This document shows positions 7,702 to 16,860 of a DNA stretch of 42,423 bases, in pieces (positions within the stretch are counted from its first letter, which is position 1; every line of letters begins with the position of its first letter). The stretch spans positions 1-42,423 of the forward strand of contig JAAOYA010000011.1 in assembly GCA_018221105.1 (NCBI GenBank), given 5' to 3'. This DNA comes from Candidatus Woesearchaeota archaeon. Its GTDB lineage: Archaea; Nanobdellota; Nanobdellia; Woesearchaeales; JAAOYA01. Both the position numbers and the translations under genes were made by a program. The notes below the pieces were generated by a model. It did not search any database and was not told where the DNA came from. It saw only the letters and a list, made by a program, of their open reading frames with translations.

Positions 7702-7720
7702 CACTAGTTAATAACTAGTG
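7702..7720. repeat. Perfect 9-bp inverted repeat between tbp and mcm
   Basis: CACTAGTTA-A-TAACTAGTG. Confidence 0.7.
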
Positions 7721-7742
7721 TAAAAATTATTTTTTTGCTAGT

Positions 7743-9752
7743 ATGGACGCGAGCGAACAGATTAGGAAACTAGAAGAGTTTTTTGCAGAGTATCACAAAG
7801 CAGAAATACTTGAAAAGGCCCGTGTTGGAGAAGAATTCTTAATTATTGATTTTAATAACTTGTCAGCTTTCGATCCTCAACTTGCAGATTACTTACTTGA
7901 CAACCCTGAAGACAGTGTTAAGGCTGCAGAGTTAGCGCTTGAAAGTATTGATGATAGTATTAACCTAAAAGCTCGTTTTAAAAATATTCCTAGCACTCAA
8001 AAAATTTTAATTCGTGATATTAGAAGCAAGCACATTGGAAAATTATTGTGGATTGATGGTTTGGTGCGCCAAAAGAGCGATGTTAGGCCTCAAGTTATAA
8101 GTGCTCGTTTTGAGTGTCCAAGTTGTGGTAATGTGATTAGCGTTTTACAATTAGAAGATACTTTTAAAGAGCCTAGCAAGTGCGGTTGTGGTCGCAAAGG
8201 AAAGTTCAAATTATTGCACAAAGAATTAGTTGATGCTCAACGATTAACTTTAGAAGAAGCTCCTGAAAGCTTAGAAGGTGGAGAACAACCAAAAAGAATG
8301 GGAATTTTTTTGCGCGATGATTTAGTAAGTCCTATAACTGACCGAAAAACCAACCCTGGAGCTAAAATTTTGGTCGTTGGAACTGCTAAAGAAATACCAA
8401 AACCTACGCGCACAGGAGGCACTAGCACCACTTTTGACTTGATGATTGAAGCTAATTATGTTGAACCAATGGAAGAAGATTATTCAGATATCATAATCAG
8501 TGATGATGAAATGAAAGAAATTATTGAATTATCACAGCATAGTGGAGTATACAAAAAAATTATTGATTCTATGGCGCCAACAGTTTACGGTCATGACAAA
8601 GTAAAAGAGGCTTTGCTTTTGCAAATGCTTGGCGGTGTTCGAAAATCTCGTGATGATGGTATCACAACCCGTGGTGACATTCACGTATTATTAGTTGGTG
8701 ACCCTGGTGCTGGAAAAAGTCAATTGTTAAAAAGAGCTCATTTTATCGCCCCAAAAAGTCGTTATGTTAGTGGTAAAGGTGCTAGCGGTGCGGGGCTTAC
8801 AGCAGCTGTTGTTCGTGATGAATTTTTAGGTGGTTGGAGTTTAGAAGCAGGCGCTTTAGTTCTTGCAAATAAAGGCATTTGTATGATTGATGAATTAGAC
8901 AAGATGAGTCCTGATGATCGTAATGCGATGCACGAAGCTTTAGAGCAGCAAACTATTAGTATATCTAAAGCTAACATTCAAGCTACTTTGCGAGCTGAAA
9001 CCACAGTACTCGCAGCAGCGAATCCTAAGTTTGGACGTTTTGACCCTTATGAATTGTTAGCAAAGCAGATTGATTTGCCTTCAACTCTTATTAATCGTTT
9101 TGACTTAATTTTTCCAATTCGTGACTTGCCTGACAAAGAAACTGATGCTAAAATGGGAGCTTTTATTTTGAATTTACACCAGCAAGGCAGTATGACAGAA
9201 CAAGAACTTGAAACAAAGTTTTTGCGAAAATACATGGCTTATGCCAAACAAACTTGCACTCCGAACTTGACTGATAGTGCAGAAGCAGAAATACTTGATT
9301 ATTATGTTAAAATGCGTGCTAGTGGCAGTGAAGAAGGTGGCGTTAGCACTATTCCAATCAGTGCCAGGCAATTAGAAGGTTTAATTCGATTATCAGAAGC
9401 TAGCGCTAAAGTTCGACTTAGTGAAAAAGTCACTCGAAAAGATGCTCGAAGAGCAATTGACCTAACACATTATTGTTTAACACAAATAGGTTTGGATCCT
9501 GAAACTGGAAAGATTGACATTGATCGTATTAGCACAGGCATTACAGCGTCAGAGCGCTCTAAAATTATCAATGTTCGCGAAATAATTAATGAGTTAGAAG
9601 ACCGCATTGGCAAAACAATTCCTGTCGATGACATTATAGCATATGCTGTAGAGAAAGGCTTGGATGAGGAAAAGGTTTACGAGGCTATTGAAAAACTTAA
9701 GCGTTCAGGAGATATTTTTGAGCCTAAGAGGGGCTTTATTCAAAAAATCTAG
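7743..9752 (+). CDS. mcm: Replicative helicase MCM
   Basis: CPSCG Zn finger, GDPGAGKSQ Walker A, IDELDKM Walker B, NRFD Arg finger, C-terminal winged helix; no intein. Confidence 0.97.
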   Translation: MDASEQIRKLEEFFAEYHKAEILEKARVGEEFLIIDFNNLSAFDPQLADYLLDNPEDSVKAAELALESIDDSINLKARFKNIPSTQKILIRDIRSKHIGKLLWIDGLVRQKSDVRPQVISARFECPSCGNVISVLQLEDTFKEPSKCGCGRKGKFKLLHKELVDAQRLTLEEAPESLEGGEQPKRMGIFLRDDLVSPITDRKTNPGAKILVVGTAKEIPKPTRTGGTSTTFDLMIEANYVEPMEEDYSDIIISDDEMKEIIELSQHSGVYKKIIDSMAPTVYGHDKVKEALLLQMLGGVRKSRDDGITTRGDIHVLLVGDPGAGKSQLLKRAHFIAPKSRYVSGKGASGAGLTAAVVRDEFLGGWSLEAGALVLANKGICMIDELDKMSPDDRNAMHEALEQQTISISKANIQATLRAETTVLAAANPKFGRFDPYELLAKQIDLPSTLINRFDLIFPIRDLPDKETDAKMGAFILNLHQQGSMTEQELETKFLRKYMAYAKQTCTPNLTDSAEAEILDYYVKMRASGSEEGGVSTIPISARQLEGLIRLSEASAKVRLSEKVTRKDARRAIDLTHYCLTQIGLDPETGKIDIDRISTGITASERSKIINVREIINELEDRIGKTIPVDDIIAYAVEKGLDEEKVYEAIEKLKRSGDIFEPKRGFIQKI

Positions 9753-9755
9753 AAA

Positions 9756-10532
9756 ATGACAGCAGAGCAAGAATCACAACAACAAAAACGTCAAGTGGCG
9801 TATAAAGTTCGAGTTAAAGACTTGGTTAGTGGAGAGTACATTGTCCAGGATGGTTGGAAGCCAAACTATGTAAAAACAGTTTATGGTAATGTCTCACGTG
9901 CCAATATTATGGCCACTGTTGTCAACATTGAAGCTCCAGCAGAAGGCTCTGGCAGTAGTAGCACTTTAGAAGTTGATGACGGCAGTAATGTTATAATGGT
10001 TAGAAGTTTTGAAAATGATGCTTCTCTTGAAAGTTTTCAAATTGGTAATACTGTGCTCATTATTGGCAGACCTCGAGAATTCAATAATAGTATTTACATG
10101 GTTCCAGAAATCATTAAGACAATTGAGCCTACTTGGTTACAAGTTAGAAAACTAGAATTAGAAAAAAACACTCCTGTAGTAGCACAGCAAGCGCAACAAA
10201 GTGTTGTGCAAAAAGAATCAATTGCGCAAATGCCAACAGAAGAAGTAGTTGTTGAGCAAGTTGCAGAACCAACTTCTAGTGTTGCACAGCAAACTGTACA
10301 ATCAAACACTAATGTTGACAAAACTATAAAAACAGAAACTGCAAGTCAAGAATCTCTTAGTGGCGGCGAGAAAGTTTTAGAGATTATTCAATCATTAGAT
10401 GATGGTAGTGGTGCTGATTTTGAAAGTGTAATACAAAAAAGTGGTTTTGATGATGCTGAAAAAACCATCACTAGACTGATGGAAAATGGAGAAATTTTTG
10501 AGGTTCGCCCTGGTAAACTAAAAGTTCTCTAA
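9756..10532 (+). CDS. RPA32/RPA2-like ssDNA-binding protein (OB fold, low-complexity linker, winged helix)
   Basis: RQVAYKV...VSRANIMATVV...VDDGS...IIGRPREF OB fold; C-terminal LMENGEIFEVRPGKLK winged helix. Confidence 0.8.
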   Translation: MTAEQESQQQKRQVAYKVRVKDLVSGEYIVQDGWKPNYVKTVYGNVSRANIMATVVNIEAPAEGSGSSSTLEVDDGSNVIMVRSFENDASLESFQIGNTVLIIGRPREFNNSIYMVPEIIKTIEPTWLQVRKLELEKNTPVVAQQAQQSVVQKESIAQMPTEEVVVEQVAEPTSSVAQQTVQSNTNVDKTIKTETASQESLSGGEKVLEIIQSLDDGSGADFESVIQKSGFDDAEKTITRLMENGEIFEVRPGKLKVL

Positions 10533-11380
10533 GCTAAAAACGGGCTAACATATACTTCTAACACTGCAGCTAAAAGCAGTATTGCAATCGCTATCAATAT
10601 TAAATCTGTTGTGTCAAGCAAGATTTTTTCGAATCGTTTAGTTCTAAAATCATGGCGTATTACTGCAACACTTATTATTCCACCAGCCAGTCCTCCGACC
10701 AAGTACGCTAGCATTTCTGGAATTCCGTGAATTGAATAACGCAAGAGTCCAATTCCCAGTATTCCAAAATAACTTGTTATTTTGACAAGTCCTGTGCTTT
10801 TTGCAGCAACACTCAAATTGTTGCGAATAAGAGACCCAATAGCTGTTGCTAGTACTGTGCTATTCCAAGTTAGTATAAAGATTGCTCCAGCACCATATAA
10901 AAAACTAAAAAGTATGCAAAACACTAATACTTTTAGATTATTAAAAAAAATTATTGCCATAATACCAGCATCGCTTGTAGCATTGCCAGTAATCTGTTGG
11001 TTTATGTGATTGATGGTTGCTGATTGAACACTAAAAAGTGTTGTTACAGTGCCAATTGGTAATACTATAAACCATAAAATGTAAGCTATAGTCATTCCAG
11101 CAAAAAGCGCAAAAAACCATGATAACGCTTTAGCATGCTCTTCTAACAATGCTTTTTCACTCGCTATCGTGATATCTTTTTCTTCTTCTTTTTTTATCAC
11201 ATTATACATAAATGGAATGCTTGCCATCACAGTCAAAAAAACCATTACTAAGCTTGAATATTCTTGAAAAATCCAGTATGCTATAAACAATCCAAAAGTG
11301 GCGTATAAAAATCCAACAACTAATATGTTGAAAAACTTGTGGTGTTCCTCAAAGGGATTTATTAATGACTCAAAAACCAT
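10529..11380 (-). CDS. SpoIIM/DUF95-family integral membrane protein
   Basis: Multi-TM; IFFNNLKV, HGIPEMLAY and LAAVLEVYVSP motifs. Confidence 0.8.
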   Translation of the reverse strand: MVFESLINPFEEHHKFFNILVVGFLYATFGLFIAYWIFQEYSSLVMVFLTVMASIPFMYNVIKKEEEKDITIASEKALLEEHAKALSWFFALFAGMTIAYILWFIVLPIGTVTTLFSVQSATINHINQQITGNATSDAGIMAIIFFNNLKVLVFCILFSFLYGAGAIFILTWNSTVLATAIGSLIRNNLSVAAKSTGLVKITSYFGILGIGLLRYSIHGIPEMLAYLVGGLAGGIISVAVIRHDFRTKRFEKILLDTTDLILIAIAILLLAAVLEVYVSPFLA

Positions 11381-11464
11381 AACTTAGCTTGTACAAAACG
11401 CTTATTTAAGCTTTGCCATTGGGCTCGCTAAAGGTTTAAATATAATATTGTAATCGAGCATATT

Positions 11465-12733
11465 ATGGATAACAAAACTGTAGAACAATATTATTCTCGC
11501 CCTCAAATCGCTAAAGCAATTTTTGAAGCTAGCACTAAACGAGAGGTGGCTTTTCGTTTTGGCGATAAAGGTTTTGGAAAACGTCCCGACACAATAGAGT
11601 ATCCAACAGACGTTATAGAACTTGCAAAACAAGGAGTTAGTAGTTTTCACGTTTCAGAAGAACATTGGAAAAACGTTCACCAAGTCAGTCCAACACTCAA
11701 AAAAAAAGAATTAGAAAACTTGCGAAGTGGTTGGGATTTAGTGCTTGATATTGATTGTGAACACTGGGATTATTCTAAAGCTTGCGCTAATCTTTTAGTT
11801 GGAGCTCTCAAGCATCACGGCGTTAAAAGTATTAGTGTGAAGTTTTCTGGCAATAAAGGATTTCACATTGGAGTGCCTTTTAAAGCTTTTCCTGATAAAG
11901 TTCAAGATGTGCAAACGCGTTTGTTGTTTCCTGAAGGCGCTAGGCGCGTTGCAGAATATTTAGCAGTTATGATAAAAAAGCATTTGGCCGAGGCTATATT
12001 AAAAATTGATGATTTAGATGCTGTTATTGGAAAAACTGGCAAGCCGTATGAAGAATTAGTGGTTAATGGAGAATTCAACCCTTATGCTGTGCTCGATATT
12101 GACACTGTACTAATTAGTAGTCGTCACTTGTATCGTATGCCTTACTCGTTTCATGAAAAAAGCGGTCTTGTCTCTGTTCCAATCAATCCTGATAAGATTA
12201 TGAACTTTGATAAGAGCATGGCAAGACCTCAAATTGTTAGCATGGATTATAAATTCTTAGACACCTCCAATACTGTGCCTGGCGAGGCTTCAAAATTGTT
12301 AGTTCAAGCTTTTGATTATAAACCAGAAGTCACTGTTGAAGAGAAAAAAAATGATAGGGTTTATGAAGACTTACAAGAAGCAATACCTGAACAACTCTTT
12401 CCTCCTTGCGTCAATTTAATGCTTGCTGGAATGAACGATGGCAAAAAACGTTCATTGTTTATTCTGACTAATTTCTTGAGTAGTTGTGGTTGGGACTATG
12501 AACAAATAGAAAAAAGGTTGCTCGAGTGGAACAAAAAAAATGCTGAACCCCTACGACAAAACATTTTGATAAGTCACTTGCGCTATCATAAAAGGCGCAA
12601 AGAAAAGATTTTGCCGCCAAACTGTGACAATAAAGCTTATTATGTTGACATGCGATTTTGCAAACCTGACAATTTATGCAATAAAATTAAAAATCCTGTT
12701 CAATACGCAAAAAGAAAAAAACAAACTAAATAG
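11465..12733 (+). CDS. priSL: Fused DNA primase PriS-PriL (DPANN type)
   Basis: PriS motifs LVLDID, FSGNKGFH, RMPYSFHEKSG, followed by a PriL Fe-S domain FPPCV...PPNC...C...C, all in 422 aa. Confidence 0.92.
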   Translation: MDNKTVEQYYSRPQIAKAIFEASTKREVAFRFGDKGFGKRPDTIEYPTDVIELAKQGVSSFHVSEEHWKNVHQVSPTLKKKELENLRSGWDLVLDIDCEHWDYSKACANLLVGALKHHGVKSISVKFSGNKGFHIGVPFKAFPDKVQDVQTRLLFPEGARRVAEYLAVMIKKHLAEAILKIDDLDAVIGKTGKPYEELVVNGEFNPYAVLDIDTVLISSRHLYRMPYSFHEKSGLVSVPINPDKIMNFDKSMARPQIVSMDYKFLDTSNTVPGEASKLLVQAFDYKPEVTVEEKKNDRVYEDLQEAIPEQLFPPCVNLMLAGMNDGKKRSLFILTNFLSSCGWDYEQIEKRLLEWNKKNAEPLRQNILISHLRYHKRRKEKILPPNCDNKAYYVDMRFCKPDNLCNKIKNPVQYAKRKKQTK

Positions 12734-12743
12734 TTCTACAAGC

Positions 12744-12988
12744 AAAACTTTTATAAATAGTTCCAGTTTCCTTGCCTTTACGCTCGATGTTACGTCGAGA
12801 AAAAAGTGTTTGAAAATAAGTGATTTCAAACACAGCATAAAAAATTCCGTTACTCGGGCCTGAAAAGGAGTTTTTCAGTACAAAGGGTAGTTATTATTAC
12901 TCATTCTACACGAAAACGTCCACCAAAAGGCTCTTAACAAACAATCAAAAAAGCACTACTTGTAGATTTAGTGCTCTAAACTAAAAAA
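12744..12988 (+). promoter_or_regulatory. Promoter and long structured 5' leader of the ribosomal protein operon
   Basis: AAAAC-TTTTATAAATA (12744-12759); hairpins at 12783-12799, 12806-12833 (10 bp perfect), 12860-12878 and 12952-12975. Confidence 0.55.
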
Positions 12989-13954
12989 ATGCCAACAAAA
13001 AGACAACCGCGCAGTGGAAGCTTGCAATACTGGCCAAGAAAAAAAGCTAGTCGAGAGTATGCTCGTGTTAGAGCTTGGCCTCAAGTAAAAGATAATAAGC
13101 CTTTAGGCTTTGCAGGTTACAAAGCTGGAATGACTCACGTAATGGCAATCGATAATAGAAAAAATTCTATGACTAAAGGAGAACTTATCAGAATTCCAAC
13201 AACAATTATCGAATGTCCTCCTCTAAAGGTTGCTTCAATAAGATTTTATAAAAAAAACAGTAAGGGCTTACTACTCGCAAAAGAAATTTTTGGCAAAGCT
13301 GACAAGGAATTAGGTCGCAAGATTACACTTTCAAAAAAAGAATCAAAAAAAGAAGTATCAATTGAAGATTATGATATTGTAAGAGTTGGAGTTTACACTC
13401 AACCAAAACTTACAGGCATTGGCAAAAAAAAGCCTGAACTTTTCGAGCTGGCAATTGGCGGCAGTTTAGAAGAACAATACAATTGGGCAAAAGAAAACCT
13501 ATCAAAAGAAATCAGTGTTTCTGACGTGTTTGGCGATGGTGAACCAACAGACATTAAATCTGTGACAAAAGGCAAGGGCCACCAAGGACCTGTAAAAAGA
13601 ATGGGTATTGGACTTAGAAGTCACAAATCAGAAAAAAGTCGTCGTAGAGGAGTTATCGGAGCTGAAAGAGTTAGTAAAACATTATACACTGTTCCACAAG
13701 GCGGACAAACTGGCTATCACACTAGAACAGAATACAACAAGCAATTATTAAAAATCGCTGGCAAAGATGAAATTAACCCAAAAGGCGGTTTTATACGCTA
13801 CGGTTTAGCACGCAATGACTGTGTTCTAATAAGGGGCAGTGTTGGTGGTCCTACAAAAAGATTAATTCGTTTTAATAAAGCATTAAGGCCAACAAAAAAA
13901 ACCTTAAACGAACCTGTAAGCATTGAACAAATTAGCTTGGAGTCAAAACAATGA
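12989..13954 (+). CDS. rpl3: 50S ribosomal protein uL3
   Basis: PRSGSLQYWPRK, GFAGYKAGMTHV, TKGKGHQGPVKR. Confidence 0.97.
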   Translation: MPTKRQPRSGSLQYWPRKKASREYARVRAWPQVKDNKPLGFAGYKAGMTHVMAIDNRKNSMTKGELIRIPTTIIECPPLKVASIRFYKKNSKGLLLAKEIFGKADKELGRKITLSKKESKKEVSIEDYDIVRVGVYTQPKLTGIGKKKPELFELAIGGSLEEQYNWAKENLSKEISVSDVFGDGEPTDIKSVTKGKGHQGPVKRMGIGLRSHKSEKSRRRGVIGAERVSKTLYTVPQGGQTGYHTRTEYNKQLLKIAGKDEINPKGGFIRYGLARNDCVLIRGSVGGPTKRLIRFNKALRPTKKTLNEPVSIEQISLESKQ

Positions 13955-14886
13955 AATTAAAAATTTATAATACGAAAAAGGTCAGTGTTGGAACTGTTGA
14001 ATTACCATCACAGTTTAGCGAGCCTTTGCGTAAAGACTTGATAAAAAGAGCAGTGCTAACAATACAAGCTAACTCTCGACAGCCTTATGGTTCAATGCCT
14101 GGTGCTGGTGAGCGTCATAGTGCTATGCTTTCAAAGCGTCGGCGCTCGTACAGGGGAACTTATGGTATTGGACAATCACGGACTCCTAGAAAAGTAATGA
14201 GTCGCAACGGTACACAATTTCATTATGTTGGAGCTGTAGCACCACAAACAGTTGGTGGTCGCAGAGCACACCCTCCAAAAAGCGAAAAAGATTGGACTCA
14301 AAAAATTAATGTTCAAGAGCGCAGAAAAGCTATTCGTAGTGCTATTGCAGCAACAATTGATAAAAATTTGGTGTTGATGCGCGGTCACTTAATCCCTGAT
14401 GATTATCCTTTTATTATTGATTCAAGTTTTGAAAATTTAAAAACCACTAAAGAATTGCGAGAAGTTTTAGAAAAACTTGGTTTTACAGCTGAACTTGATA
14501 GAACTCAAAAAAAGACTATTAGGGCTGGTAAAGGTACAATGAGAGGTCGCAAGTATCAAAAAAAGAAAAGCTTGCTCATCATAACTTCAAAAGATTCTCC
14601 TTTACTAAAAGCTGCCAGTAACATAACAGGCGTTGAAATAGTCAATGTTACACAATTAAACGCAGAGCAATTAGCTCCTGGTAGCAGTGCTGGAAGAGCC
14701 ACTTTGTGGACTGACGGCGCTATTGACAGACTTTCAAAAGAACAATTATTTCAAAAAAATGTAAAGCTTGAACAACCAGCGAAAAAAGAAGTTGTCAAGC
14801 CAAAGCCATCTAAACTGCCTGCTGTAAAGAAAATAGTTAAGAAGGCTACTAAAAAAACAGTCAAAAAGATTGTTAAGAAAAAATGA
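13951..14886 (+). CDS. rpl4: 50S ribosomal protein uL4 with Lys-rich C-terminal extension
   Basis: VGGRRAHPPK, RAGKGTMRGRKY, LAPG...GRATLWT. Confidence 0.97.
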   Translation: MKLKIYNTKKVSVGTVELPSQFSEPLRKDLIKRAVLTIQANSRQPYGSMPGAGERHSAMLSKRRRSYRGTYGIGQSRTPRKVMSRNGTQFHYVGAVAPQTVGGRRAHPPKSEKDWTQKINVQERRKAIRSAIAATIDKNLVLMRGHLIPDDYPFIIDSSFENLKTTKELREVLEKLGFTAELDRTQKKTIRAGKGTMRGRKYQKKKSLLIITSKDSPLLKAASNITGVEIVNVTQLNAEQLAPGSSAGRATLWTDGAIDRLSKEQLFQKNVKLEQPAKKEVVKPKPSKLPAVKKIVKKATKKTVKKIVKKK

Positions 14887-15143
14887 ACTACTACAAAATA
14901 ATCAAGTACCCGCTATCAACAGAGAAAAGTCTTCGATTAATGGAAGCTGAAAACAAACTAATATTCATAGTTGATAATAAAGCAACAAAAACAGAAATCA
15001 AAGAAGCAATAGAGAGCATTTACAATGTTAAAGTTATCAAAGTCACGACCATGATAGGTCCTGATAGTAAGAAAAAAGCATTTATCAAATTCGATAATAA
15101 AAACCCTGCTATTGACTTAGCAACAAACCTTGGTATGATGTAA
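14883..15143 (+). CDS. rpl23: 50S ribosomal protein uL23
   Basis: PLSTEKS...NKLIFIVD...KKKAFIK; operon position. Confidence 0.96.
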   Translation: MNYYKIIKYPLSTEKSLRLMEAENKLIFIVDNKATKTEIKEAIESIYNVKVIKVTTMIGPDSKKKAFIKFDNKNPAIDLATNLGMM

Positions 15144-15147
15144 TAAG

Positions 15148-15861
15148 ATGGGAAAACGAATAATCGCACAACGCAGAGGCAGTGGCTCACAACGGTATCG
15201 CAGCCCTAGTTTTAGGTTCAAAGGCGATGCTAAACACTTAAAAAATGAATTAGAAGCTGGCACTGTAACAGATATTATTCACTGCAGCGGTCACAGCAGT
15301 CCACTAATGCAAGTACAAAACGATAACAATTCATACTTACTAATAGCTCCTGAAGGAATAAAGGTTGGCGATGTTATTAAAACATCAGAAAGAGCAGCTC
15401 CGACAAATGGCAATATTCTACCATTAAAAAGTATTCCTGAAGGAACACTAATCTACAATGTTGAAGCAAAACCGGGAGATGGCGGAAAATTTGTTCGCAG
15501 TGGTGGAACTTTTGCAAAAGTAGTGCTAAAAACAGAAGACAAAATCATGGTATTATTACCTTCAAAAAAACAAAAAACTTTCAATCCGAACTGCAGAGCT
15601 GCAATTGGCAGTGTTGCTGGAGGCGGTCGAGGTGACAAACCACTGCTCAAAGCTGGTAAAGCACATTTTAAGATGCGCGCAAAAAACAAGATTTGGCCAA
15701 AAGTCAGTGGTGGCGCTATGAATGCAGTAGATCACCCTTTTGGAAACAAAAGATCTTCGCGTAAATCAAAAGCCAAGCCAGCGCCAAAGAACGCTCCGCC
15801 AGGAAGAAAAGTTGGAATGATAAGACCAAGACAGACAGGTCGCAGACGAGGGAAAAAATAA
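15148..15861 (+). CDS. rpl2: 50S ribosomal protein uL2
   Basis: MGKRIIAQRRG, AMNAVDHPFG, PPGRKVG. Confidence 0.97.
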   Translation: MGKRIIAQRRGSGSQRYRSPSFRFKGDAKHLKNELEAGTVTDIIHCSGHSSPLMQVQNDNNSYLLIAPEGIKVGDVIKTSERAAPTNGNILPLKSIPEGTLIYNVEAKPGDGGKFVRSGGTFAKVVLKTEDKIMVLLPSKKQKTFNPNCRAAIGSVAGGGRGDKPLLKAGKAHFKMRAKNKIWPKVSGGAMNAVDHPFGNKRSSRKSKAKPAPKNAPPGRKVGMIRPRQTGRRRGKK

Positions 15862-15871
15862 ACAGTAAAAA

Positions 15872-16258
15872 ATGGCAAAAAAAGAATTCACTTACAAAGG
15901 AAAAAAACTTGACGAGTTAAAACAACTTGATGTTAAAGAACTTGCAATGCTTTTACCATCAGAAAAAAAACGCCGTATTTTGACGCGTGGTTTTACACAA
16001 CAGCAGAAAACGTTACTTAAAAAAATTCGTGCAGGAGAACAAAATATCAAAACTCATTGTCGCGACATGTTAGTACTGCCTGAAATGGTCGGCATGACTA
16101 TAAGAATTCACAATGGTAAAGATTTTGTTCCAATAATAATCCAAGATGCAATGATAGGACATTATTTTGGAGAATTCGCGCTTACAAGAAAACGTGTTGG
16201 TCACAGTGCTCCAGGAGTCGGGGCTACAAAGTCAAGTGCACACGCTTCAGTGAGATAA
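15872..16258 (+). CDS. rps19: 30S ribosomal protein uS19
   Basis: IKTHCRDM...MIGHYFGEFALTRK...PGVGAT. Confidence 0.97.
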   Translation: MAKKEFTYKGKKLDELKQLDVKELAMLLPSEKKRRILTRGFTQQQKTLLKKIRAGEQNIKTHCRDMLVLPEMVGMTIRIHNGKDFVPIIIQDAMIGHYFGEFALTRKRVGHSAPGVGATKSSAHASVR

Positions 16259-16263
16259 AGAAG

Positions 16264-16860
16264 ATGATGAAGTATTCAACAACCTATGACAAAGAAAGCC
16301 AAGCAGTAGCGCAAGGTCGCAGTTTGCCAGTTTCAACAAAGGCGTGCGTTAACATCTGTGCAATGCTTAGAAAAAAAAACTTGGCAAGAGCTAAAGTCAT
16401 GCTACAAAAGGTTATCGCAAAAAAAGAAGCAGTACCTTACAAGCGCTACAATAAAGATGTTGGTCACAAGCCAGGACCTATTGGTGCTGGAAGATACCCT
16501 GTGAAAGCTTGCAAGTACATCTTAAAAGTCCTAAATAGCGCTGAAGCTAATGCTAAAGATAAAGGATTGTCAAAAGAATTGGTCATAGAACACATTAACG
16601 CTCACATAGCGGCACGCCAATTTAAGCATGGCCGCCAGCGAAGACGTCAAAACAAGCGAACGCATGTTGAAGTGTTGTTAGCTCAAACTACCAAAAAAAC
16701 CGTAGAGAAAAAGGTAGAAGTTCAAAAAAAGAGCGAGCCTGCAAAAAAAGTTGAAGAGGTTCCAAAAGCATCAGATTTAGCAAAAAAAGCAGTAGAACAA
16801 AAAGAAACTGTCAAAGAGACAAAAGAACCATTAAAAGTTGAAAAGGTTGACAAAAAATGA
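16264..16860 (+). CDS. rpl22: 50S ribosomal protein uL22 with charged C-terminal extension
   Basis: GRYPVKA...SAEANA...THVEV. Confidence 0.96.
   Translation: MMKYSTTYDKESQAVAQGRSLPVSTKACVNICAMLRKKNLARAKVMLQKVIAKKEAVPYKRYNKDVGHKPGPIGAGRYPVKACKYILKVLNSAEANAKDKGLSKELVIEHINAHIAARQFKHGRQRRRQNKRTHVEVLLAQTTKKTVEKKVEVQKKSEPAKKVEEVPKASDLAKKAVEQKETVKETKEPLKVEKVDKK

Noticed and set aside
7743..9752. Inteins in MCM (and in RFC-S)
   Set aside because: Both proteins are normal length with contiguous Walker motifs.
1..12000. Strand-skew switch as support for the origin
   Set aside because: By eye the G/C skew varies gene by gene and shows no clean inflection at about 6.9 kb; it needs genome-scale computation, so it was not used as evidence.
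12780..12940. Possible RNase P RNA or SRP RNA in the rpl3 leader (GAAAACGTCCACC resembles GAAAGUCC)
   Set aside because: No matching P4 partner strand or SRP helix-8 motif on either strand; too short and AT-rich.
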